Shown here piece after piece: positions 22,501-34,500 of a stretch of 64,000 nucleotides of DNA. This DNA is from Mobula hypostoma (taxonomy: Eukaryota). Each line of letters starts with the position of its first letter. Positions within the stretch are counted from its first letter, which is position 1. The stretch is taken from NCBI RefSeq assembly GCF_963921235.1, contig NC_086107.1:104224001-104288000 (forward strand), given 5' to 3'. The notes below the pieces were generated by a model that had not been told where the DNA came from, made no database searches, and worked only from the letters and a program-made list of their open reading frames with translations. A program made the position numbers and the translations under genes.

Positions 22501-25500
22501 TTTCTTCAGGAAATGTGGCTTTCCCAGTGGCACAGCTGATAGAGTGCTTACATGCGTTTCCTCATTTCTCACATGTCTGCTTCACCACTCTCCTTAAAAA
22601 GAACACATGTAGAGTTTCCCTGGTCTTCACCTTTCAATTCTACTACATGCACATCTACCATATCACTGCTTCCACCAGCTCCAGTAGGATCCCACCACCA
22701 GCCACGGCTTCTCCTCTCCCTTCCCTTTTTGCTTTCTGGGGAAACTCCTGGTCAGATCATCCCATAAATCCCACCACTTGCTGTCCCTGGAACTTTCCCT
22801 GAGGTGCAACATTTGTCCCTACACCTCCCTCACCAACATCCAGTGACTTAAACAGTCTTCCTAATTCTTATGTACCTCCTCCAACCTGGCCCATGAGGCC
22901 AAAATGTGGCCTCCTCCACACTGAAAAGACTAAGCATAGACTAGGCAATGGTTTTGCAGAGCACCTGTGCTCTATCTGTAATGAGCACCTTGAGATTTGG
23001 ATGCATGTGATTTCAGCTTCTCATCCTACACCACACCAAAACATCTGTTCTTTGGCCTATTGCCATGGTAAAGTAAAGCTAGTGTAGAACTATTCCCTGT
23101 ATTCCTCTTGGGTAGCCTACAGCCCAATGTTAACATTTAATTTTCCAATTTAAGATTAACTCACTTTCCTTCTGACCTCCTTCACCATCCCATGTTCCTT
23201 TTCAACTCTCACTAATCCACCCAGGATCTCCCTCACTCTCTTAACCTTTTGAATTCCTCCCACCCTCATTACCTAGATTCATCAATTCCCCTATCTTGTT
23301 CTATCTCCCATTTCCCATTCACCTATCCATCTGGGTTTCTTCTTCCCTTCCCACTTGGTTCCATCTGCCCCTCATTTCCCCTTCATCTGGTTCCACCTAT
23401 CACCTACCAGTCTCTATATTAAAGTTATTATAAAGCTTTGTGGCACACTATCTCCATCACCATTTCCATTAAACCAGTTCTGGTTCAATTTGAATGTAAA
23501 GGAGCATGCCTGGAGCTGCAGGTGATGCATCTAAAAATGAGATGCTGCTAAAATTATAAAGCAGGACTACATGTATTCTAAAAAGCAAAGGCAGTATTTT
23601 GTAATCACAACAAATAAAGCTCTGTAAGCTTGCTACATCCAATTCTGAAAGTGGCAGACCACTAACAAAGAGGTTTCATGAACACATTTATCCTGAGTGT
23701 TGGCAGAGCCCAACACACAAGTGCTAAAGTCAAGTGTGCATTTTTTATACTGAGCAGCCTGTAAGGTGAAATAAAATAATTGGATACAGCAGTTATAGAA
23801 AAAAGCCATAATACAACAGTCATTTGGAATTAATGCTCAAGTCATAGATGAACTTTTATTATTAATATAGGAAGAAATTTGGTGCAACTGCTCCACAATT
23901 TATTGATTATCTGAAAGAGATACTACGTCGATACCCCGATGGAGGCCAGATTCTTAAGGTAAGTACTCAATTTTGAGGACCAGTTTTGTCCCTAACAAAG
24001 CTTTTGCTTTTAACATACCTGTAGAATCCCTTAGGATTCTCCTTCACCTTGTTTGCTAGAGCAATTTCATGCCTTCTTTTAGCCCTCCTGATTTCTTTCT
24101 TAAACGTTCTCTTGCATTTCTTGTACTCCGTGAACACCTCATTTGTTTCTACTTGCCTATACCTACTATGTACCTCCTTTTTTCTCTTAACCAGGGCCTC
24201 AATATCTCTTCAAAACCAAGGTTCCCTACACTTGTTACCTTCACCTTTTACTCTGACAAGCACGTATAAGCTTTGTTCTCTCAAAATTTCATTTTTGAAG
24301 GCCTCCCACCTTCCAAGTACAGAAGACAGCCTGTCCCAATGCACATTGCCAGATCATTTCTGATATGATCAAAATTGGCCTTTCTAATATTTACAATCTC
24401 AACCCGCAGACCAGACGTATCATTTTGCATATTTACTTTGAAAATAATGTCATTGTGGTCACTGGATGCAAAGTGTTCCCCTACACAAACTTCTGTTGCC
24501 TGCCCTGTCTCATTCCCTAATAGCAGATCCAGTAGCACACGCTCTCTCATTGGGACTTCTATGTACTGATGAAGGAAACCTTCCTGAACACATTTGACAG
24601 ACTCTATCCCATCTAGTCCTTTTACAGTATGGGATTCCCAGTTAATATAACAACCTTATGTTTCTTGCACCAGCCTGCGATCTCTTAACAAATTTGTTCC
24701 TCTAAATCTCTGGGATTGTTGGGTGGTCTGTAATATAGCCCCATTAACATAGTCATACCTTTCTTATTTCTCAGTTCCACCCATAGTGCCTCACTAGTTG
24801 AGTTCACTAGTCGGTTCTGACGGAGCACTGCCGTGACATTTTCCTTGACTAGTAATGCCACCCCTCCTCCTTTAATCCCTCCTGCTCTGTCACATCTAAA
24901 AAATGGAACCCTGGAATATTGGGCTGCCAGTCCTGCCCCTCCTGCAACCAAGCCTCAGTAATGGCTACAACGTCATAATTCCAGGTGTTGTCCATGCCCC
25001 GAGTTCATCTGTCTTTCCTATGATACTTCTTGCATTGAAATATATGCAGTACAGGACACTAGTTGTACCATGCTCAACCTTTTAATTCTTGACTTTGTCT
25101 GGGGTCTTACCAACGTATGCCTCTATAACCCCTCCACACTCTGACACTCTGGTTCTCATCCCCCTGCAACTCTAGTTTGAAACCCACCGTGAAGCCTTCC
25201 TGCTAGGATATTAGTCCCCCTTCAGCTCAGGTGCAAACTGTCCCTTCAGTACATGTCCTACCTTCCCTGGAAGAGAGCCCAATGATCCAAAAATTTTATG
25301 CCCTCCCTCCTAACTCCTTAGCCACGTATTAAACCGTATAATCTTCCTAGTTCTAGCCTCACTAGCATGTGGGATGGTGAGTGATCCTGGATCACAACCC
25401 TGGAGGTCCTGCCTTTTAACTTAGCACCCAACTCCCTGAATTCCCTATGCAGAACCTCGTCACTTATCCTGCCCATGTCATTGGTATTTACATGGACCAC

Positions 25501-28500
25501 GACCTCTGGCTGTTCACTTTCCCACTTAAAGTACTGAGGACTCACTCTAGGGATGTCCCGGCATGGCACCCAGGAGGCAACATACCATCCAGGAATCTTG
25601 TTCTCACCCACAGAACCACCTGTCCACTCCCCTAACTAACAAATCTCCTATCACTACAGCATGCTTCTCCCCCCTTCCTTTCTGAGTCATGGAGCCAGAC
25701 TCAGTGCCAGAGACCTGACCACTGTGACTTTTCTCTGTAAGTCAACCTGCCCCAACAGTATCCAAAGTGACATACCTGTTGTGGGGGATGGTCACACGAG
25801 TACTCTGCACTGGCTCCTTAACCCCTTATATGTCCTATCTTCAGCCTCCCGAATGATCCAGTGTTCATCCAGTTCCAGATCCAACTCCTTAATGCAGATT
25901 GTTAGAAGCTGAAGCTGGATCTACTTCTCGCAGTTGTAGTCGTCAGGGACTGCAACCTGTTGCTTCCTTTTTTTCTACCCGCATATGGGACTCCAGTGAA
26001 ATTCCGTACTCTCAAACTTATGATGTCCTCCAGATTGGTCACTGGTCAAAGCTCTATTATGCTGCCATGACCCTCTGCTCCCTTTTTCTTCTTAGGCAGT
26101 GGACCTGAGTGAAATCCCCTCCCCTCAAACTTCCGATGTCTAGATTGAACACTGGACAAAGCTGTAATATGCTGCCGCAACCCGCTGCTCCCTTTTTCTA
26201 CTCGGGCAGTAGATCCGATGTCTGACTGGCCGCTGATCAAAGCTCTCTTGTCTACTTCTCATTGTCATTGAACATCATAAATTGTTTGGAGACAATTAAC
26301 TGGAGAACTGAAGGGAAGGGATTGCTTATCCATACACTTGATTTTGCTCTCCTTGTTTCTAAGGAATTGCTTCAAAATGCAGATGATGCTGAAGCAAATG
26401 AGGTGGTGTTTATATTTGACGAAAGAACTTATGGGTCAACATCTTTGTTTATGAAGGATCTTAAAAAGTTTCAAGGTACGTGAATTTGGGAGGTTAAACT
26501 ACTGAAGAATGAGAAATATTCTAAAGCAGATTTTGATTTTGATTTTCTCAAAATAACTGATTACGTTTCAAACCAAATAATGTTTAAAAGGTACAATCCA
26601 GCCCACCGATGTCCAATATGTTGAGTAGCAAGTTAATTTTGGTAGATTTCTAGTCCATCCTGTGCACATTTTCTCTTGGTTCTGAAATATTTTTCCTTGG
26701 TTTAATAGACTCAGTTTTTCAGTCACTTTCCTATTGCTTTCTTAGTAAGAAGACAACCTAACAGTTTGGAATTCTTATGAAATTTCACATCACTTACTCT
26801 TATTTTCCATGCTGGAATCTCCTTGTATCTAACTGGATGCAAAATGCTTATATTCCACACAATCACATTACTTATTGGTGTCATATTACTCTCATAGCAA
26901 TATGAAAATAAGCATCTGCCAACAGATGTAAGAATAAAATAGGGCTATTAATAGCACTGGAGACATTTGTGATTTGTTGAACTAGCTGAAAAAAATTCAG
27001 TGGGCTGAATGGTCTTCTACATTGTAAGAGGGTATGAAAAACATGACAGTTTATTTTGACACCAAATACGTATCAAATGCTAATGCGTATCATGGAAGAA
27101 AATTTAGATGACTGGTTCTTTGAGAAAAGATTAAATTTTTATTCTGATATTGAGTGATACTGGCCTGGATAGCTTTTAATATCTGTTATTGCCCTTGAGA
27201 ATAAGGCAGTGTCTTCCTGGACTATTGCTGCAAGGTGGGACAGAGAAAGAACATATCTAAATCAGAATTGTCAGAGACAGCAGGAAACCTATAGGTCATC
27301 ATAGCTTTTCACACCAGACAGCCAGCCACTCTAGTGTTGTTTGGTTGATGTTGAGCAGGTTAGTGTCAGCTAAATCAGGTGAGAGTGGGCAGTTGTGCAG
27401 AACATGTTCAATGTTCTGCACCCTTTTGTCACATTCACAGGATTCGCTGGTCTTTAAACACCACTTCACCATATTGCCTCCCATCCTACAAACTCCCACT
27501 CTCGCTCTGTTGAGAGTGCACCACTTCCGTCTGTCAAGCAGTGCCCCGTCTGGTAACATTTCTGTGGGGTCTTGCACTGTATTGTTTAGTGGGGTTCTGG
27601 CTTCTGTTTGTTGCCAGATGTCAATCCTGTATGTTTGGGGGGATGTTCCGTGTGGTAGTTCCTCTACTGTAGCAAAGTTTTTCCTCGATTTTAGGCGGTT
27701 GGAAACTGGCACATGATGATGTAGTGGGTGCCATGGATCTGAGTTCTGTTTACCTTTTTCAATTTTTGTTGAAGTGTGTCTTCGGATCTCTGGGGGAGCA
27801 ATGCCTGCAAGTCTGTAAATGATGTTAGTGGGTGTGGGGCGCAGTGTGCCCATGATTATTCAGCAGGCTTCGTTAAGCAACGGGGTCTATTTTCTTCGCA
27901 TGGGCTGATCTGCCCCACACAGGTGCACAGTATTCTGCAGGTGCATAGCAGAGTGCTAGGGCAGTTGATTGAAGTGTGTGAGCATCAGCTCCCCATTTCA
28001 TGCCTGCTAATTTTTTTAAGAGAGAATTGCGAGAGCCCACTTTCCCTCGGAGTTTTTGGATGTGGGTGGCAAATGAGAGCGTCCTATCCAGTGTCACGCC
28101 TAGGTAAATTGGAGTCGGACGGTGTTCGAGCTTCTTCCCACACCAGAAAATCTTGAGTTTCTGAGCTACTTCTCAATTCCTCAAGTAGAATGCACACACT
28201 TGAGTTTTTGATGGATTTGGGTTCAGAGACCATTTTTCATAATACTGTTTTATTGCCTCGAGCACTGCTGTAAGTCGTACTTCAACTTCTTGGAAGGAGT
28301 TAGCTTGTGTTGCTATGCATAGGTCGTCTGCATAGATAAACCTGCGTGTGTTAGGAAAGGTTGGTTGGTCATTTGTGTAGATATTAGATACAAAACGTTT
28401 GTAGTAGAGGTGCCAGGACTGATCCCTGTGGTAGTCCGTTCTTTTGTGGACACCACCTACTCTTAATTCAATTAATTTCTACATAAAATCTATGATTTTC

Positions 28501-31500
28501 TAGGAGGCTTCTTATTACTTTGACTGTGGTTTCGTTCCTTAACATTTTAGATAATTTCAGTAGAAGGTCTCTGTGATTCACAGTGTTGTATGCTGCTGTG
28601 AAGTCAACAAATGCTGACCCTGTAATTTGTTGCATTTCAAAGCCATCCTCAGTATACTGGGTTAAGCTCAGGACTTGACCGCAGCAAGAGCGGCCTGGCC
28701 TGAACCCGGCTTGGTCTGGTGTTAGATCTTCGACTAAGGGGGATATTCTTTTCAGTATGAGTCTTTTGTAGAGTTTATAGAGGGTGCAGAGCAGGGAAAT
28801 CGGTCTGTAGTTTTTAGGAATGTTGGGGTCTTTATTGGGTTTTAGGAGAGCAACAACTTTGGCTCTTCTCCACTTTTTAGGTATCCTTAATGATCTTAGG
28901 CAACAGTTAAAAAGGGACAGAAGCTTTAGGTCCAAGATGTTTAAGGAGTTCAATAAGAATCCCATCAATGCCAGCAGCTTTGTTGGATTTTAGCTGTGAT
29001 AATTCATCCTTTAATTCGTCCAGGGTGAGAGGTGGGAAGTTGTTATTCCCGTTTGAGAGAGCTGACTCCATCTCCTGATGTTGCTTTTTCTTTTGCCTCC
29101 ATTCCTTGTTATTTGGTCGACCATTTAGTATCAGTTGGTGGGCAACCTGATTGGGTGTTACGGCAGCAGTTCTCTGTGGTGGTCTATTGTCTTGAGTTTC
29201 TGAACAATTGCCTATGCCTTCTTACTGTTCTTGGTCATGTCTGTGTTTTCTATCAGGTCCTGCCAACGCTGTTGTCTCTCTTGGCTCAGTAGGGACAGAA
29301 CTGACTCTCCCATTTCAATTGTGTCTTGACCAAACTGGTCTTGGTTGTATAAGTTGACACACTCATCATAACTTTGCTTGATATCACTAGTTAATCCCTG
29401 AATATATTTGGTTCTGCAGCCTCTAGGTATGTTCTGCTGTGCTACTTTCCAGATTAGTTGGACAAATTCATCATAATGATCAGGTTCTGGTAGGTATTGA
29501 TAAGTTGGTCAAGGGATTCTGTGAAAGATGTCCAATTTTCTCAGGTTACAGGTGGTCCCCATGTACCTGCTGCCATTGTCCTTCTGAAGTTAAAAATTTG
29601 TGAGATGGTTGCAAATAAACTTTGTTGAGTTATCTTTTTGTAAATGGTGCATGCTACTTTCACAAAACATGAATACTGGAAGAATTAAATCATTGTGAAA
29701 TGGTTGCCAATTAGACAACTGTTCTGTCTTGAAAGGTTTTTTTCCTTGTACAGTATTGATTCCCATTCCTGTCATAAGCCTAATCTGATAGCTGCATTCT
29801 TCTAGCCTTGGGAGACTTGATGAATGATGTGAGGAACGAGCTTCTCACATTGAAAGATGCTGAAGTAGCCTACGTTCAGTTCCTTTGTTTCTCTTGGAGT
29901 TTCTTCCATATAGTGTTCAATAGTGAGGACTACTATTTCATTAACTACAGCAGGATGGTAATTAGCAGTGTGTTTTCATGTCAGTCATTGCCTGATGCCC
30001 TGAGGATTCATGTATTCTCAAATGAAAGATGTTGACTCCATAATGACTGTATTCCATTATCCGCAAACAGGAGGAAATCTGCAGATGCTGGAATTTCAAG
30101 CAACACAAAAGTTGCTGGTGAACGCAGCAGGCCAGGCAGCATCTTTAGGAAGAGGTTCAGTCGACGTTTCATGCCGAGACCCTTCGTCAAAGATGTGCCA
30201 CCCCACTAGGAATAGGGTTCCCCTTGTCCTCACCTACCACCCCACCAGCCTCCGGGTCCAACATATAATTCTTCGTAACTTCTGCCACCTCCAACAGGAT
30301 CCCACCACTACGCACATCTTTCCCTCCACCGCCCCCCCCCGCTTTCCACAGGGATCGCTCCCTAAGCGACTTCTTTGTCCATTTGTCCCCCCCATCCCTC
30401 CCCACTGATCTCCCTCCTGGCACTTATCCTTGTAAGTGGAACAAGTGCTACATATGCGCTTACACTTCCTCCTTCACTGCCATTCAGGGCCCCAAACAGT
30501 CCTTCCAGGTGAGGCGACACTTCACCTGTGAGTCAGCTAGGTGATATACTACGTCCGGCGCTCCCGATGCGGCCTTCTGTATATTGGCGAGACCCGACGC
30601 AGACTGGGAGACTGTTTCGCTGAACACCTACGCTCTGTCCGCCAGAGAAAGCAGGATCTCCCCGTGGCCACACATTTTAATTCCATGTCCCATTCCCATT
30701 CTGATATGTCTATCCACGGCCTCCTCTACTGTCAAGATGAAGCCACACTCAGGTTGGAGGAACAACACCTTATATTCCGTCTGGGTAGCCTCCAATCTGA
30801 TGGCATGAACATTGACTTCTCAAACTTCCGCTAATGCCCACCTCCCCCTCGTACCCCATCCATTATTTATTTATTTATATACACACATTCTTTTTCTCTC
30901 CTTTTTCTCCCTCTGTCCCTCTCACTATACTCTTTGCCCATCCTCTACTCCCAGGCCTCCTGTACCATGATCTTCTCATATCCCTTTTGCCAATCACCTG
31001 TCCAGCTCTTGGCTCCATCCCTCCCCCTCCTGTCTTCTCCTATCATTTTGGATCTCCCCTTCCCTCTCCCACTTTCAAATCTCTTACTAGCTCTTCCTTC
31101 AGTTAGTCCTGACGAAGGGTCTTGGCCCAAAATGTCAACTGTACCTCTTCCTGGAGATACAACCTGGCCTGCTGCGTTCACCAGCAACTTTTATGTGTGT
31201 ATTCCATTATCCACCACCTTTGGGAATGCCTTGGCTATGGGACAAGATGTGTATAGGGACATTGTCTGAACTATTGGCTGCTAGGTATGTTTTGTGACTA
31301 TGAATCTCAGATTTTTGCTTGGCTGGTATGCGGGTCAATACTCTATTTAACTTACCAGTCCTTGGGTACTAAAGACAGAAAATATGCAAAGAGAACCAGT
31401 CAATGGTTCAAGTCAATGAGAGAACACAAGTTAGGTTCGGATTGCAGAGAAAATCCAGTATGGATGGTTATGACAAAGGGAAGTTCTCTAATAGTCAAGG

Positions 31501-34500
31501 CCATGTCTACCTGGAAATATGTTGTAGATGTCCTTCAGAACACAGGTTAATGAGGTTTAATGAATATTTCAGTGTGTTCTGTTCTTATTTCAGATTTCTA
31601 CTTTTTGAAGCTCGTAGATTTTTGCCTGTTATTGGATGCCTGAAAGGAAGAACTTATTGAGCTAGGTGTGGTGTAGTTATTGCATTTGATATCTGGATCA
31701 ATTCTTGGGAAGTTCTCTCATTTTATTTTTGCAGTTAGATAGATAAATGGATTTCTTAGCTATTTCATCTAAGAGTTAGCCATTGCAGTGACAGCATGGA
31801 GTCATGCAATTCCGCTCGATCCTTATATGGCAGCAGATTTCCTTTCCTGAAGGGTATTAGTGATTCAGGGGGATTATTTTTCTAGTTAAATCTTAATTTC
31901 ATGGTCAATGTTAGAGGCCAGCTAATTCCATATTATTTAATTACCCATTTAAATTCTGTAATTCCTGTGATGGAACTTGAACTCGTGCCTGAATCTTTAA
32001 TTCAGGCTCCAGATCAATGGTATGATTAAACCACAAAGCATCCCTAATGAGTATGTTGATTACTTTTCCAAAACATCTGCATAAGCTAATGTTGTAGTTG
32101 CCTTTTTTATGTGTGTGTTTCCTCCATTAGGTCCGGCTCTCATAGTATACAATGATTCAGTGTTTTCAGAAGAAGATTGGAATAGCATTCAAACTACAGG
32201 AATCAGTAATAAACGTAATGATCCCAGCAAAGTCGGCCAATTTGGACTGGGATTCAATACTATTTATCATATCACAGGTGAAAGATTTTGAGTTATAACA
32301 GATAGTATAAAGTTGTGATATAACCAGCTAAGTTCCATTTAGTATATGTTCTTTATAAAAAGGTAACTATTTCACTATTTGAATGTATTATCTAAATAAT
32401 ATATTTGAGTACAACATCATGAAAATTATATTTATATTTGTTGAAGAGCCAAACAACTTTGCTACTTGTTTCAATATTCATCTGGCATGTTCAAGGTAGT
32501 TAGTAATTTTAATTGAATCTATCATTTGTGTGTTGTTTATTTTCAGGAATTAAAAGTTAAATTGACAACTGAGTTTATACAAGAAGCATTATCATCTCTT
32601 AAAATATTTATGTGTCATTTTTGCAGATGTACCAAGCATATTCAGTGGGAAGTATATTGGTATATTCGACCCTCAGCAAAAGCTGTTTGGTGAACAGGAA
32701 GCTGGATATATATGGACTCTTGATGATAGAGAAGACAGAAATGTTTTTGAACACTCAAGGGATCAGTTTAGACCATTCAAATGTGCCATGGAAGCGATTG
32801 GAACAACAACATGGAATAATGCATTGAAAGAGAATTATTTCAAAGGAACATTGTTTAGGTTTCCTTTGAGAACTGAACCTTCAGAGATATTAGCTAGCTC
32901 GTATGATAGAGATAAAATCTTTGATCTTTTTGATTCCTTTAGAGCAGATGAAGATATGAATCTCTTATTTCTAAGAAATGTTGCATCCGTCTCAATAAAG
33001 CATATTGACACCAGTGGAAATGTGAAGGTCCTTTCAAAAATAGCAACTTTGCAACCTGAACACTTCCCCAGTTTTAATTGGAATCTCAATGTTCAAAATC
33101 AAGAACTGTTCTGCAAGGTTAAAACTTCTACCTGTATCAGAGCTATTTCTCAATACTTTGTCAACGAAAAACATCATAATCACTGGTTAATAACAAACTG
33201 CATAGGCATTGCAGGTGAATGGGGTAAATTAGATGATCTGGCTGAGAGGCTGAGTTATACACCATGTGTTGGATTGGCTTTTCCATTGAATAAAGTAGAA
33301 TCTTCAGAAACTAGCGCAGAAACAGACTTTGAAGGCCGTCTTAGTTTTTTTCTGCCACTTCCAAATAATGAGGCCAACAGGACAGGATTGCCAGTCCATG
33401 TAAATGCCTTCTTTGGACTTTCAGATAACCGGAGACATATCAAGTGGATTGAATCGGACCAAAAATATGATGAAGCTGCCCAGTGGAATGAGCTACTGAT
33501 AGAAAAGATCCTTCCTTATGCATACTGCCAACTGATCCTGGATGCTATTACTCTGGCTAAAGCCTCAGTGCTAAAACCTTTTTCGGTGTATCATATCTGG
33601 CCAGACCTCGAGAAAATGAATCATAAAGACCGTTGGGTTAACATAGCTAAAGAAATCACTAAACATTTGATGAAACTTAATACTCTGTGCTTGGCTGCCT
33701 GTGAAGATAACTGGATAACTGCTGGCAAAGCCATCTTTTTGCATTGCTGTGATCGGCCTGATATGAAGAAGGCAATTGAGAATGTTTTGATAAAAGAGGC
33801 TCAACCATTGGTTAGAGTCCCAGTTCATGTATTTAAGGCCTTAGAATTTGCATTAGAAAATCAAAGTGCCTTAAATATTATCACTCCAGCATACTTACGA
33901 AACATTCTTCAACATTGTGATTTGTATACTTTGCCATATGAACAAAAATTACTGCTTCTAGAGTACGTTTTAAGCGATGAGCAATATAGTTCCCTCAACA
34001 ACCTTCCACTACTACCACTCACCAATGGATCCTTTGTAAGATTCCAAATCAGTTCATGTGATGAGCCTGTATTTACTGACTCAGCAAAATTTCCAAGGTA
34101 AGCCATTTATTTTCGTATTTCCTTATGACTAGGCCATTTCAACTCATTGAGCCTCTGTGAGCAGTCCTATTCCCCCAAGAGGTAAAGAAGCCTGAAGTCC
34201 CGTAACATCAGGTTCGTCGTCGTTAGGTTGCATCTGGAATTTCCAGTTGGCAGACGATTTCCTTCCATGTTGCCCTGTCCCGACACTTGTCCACAACATC
34301 CCTAGTCTTGTTCAGCTTGGTCCAATCCTTGATGTTATCCAGCCACATTGTTCTTTGCCTTCCCCTTCCTTTCTTTCCCTCCACCTTTCCATATAGCAAG
34401 TTCGACAAGATGTTATTTCTCTGCGTAACATGTCCACAATAAGCAACTTTTAACTTCATGATCTCCTCCAGCAGTATCCGTGGTCTATCAACTTCGGACA

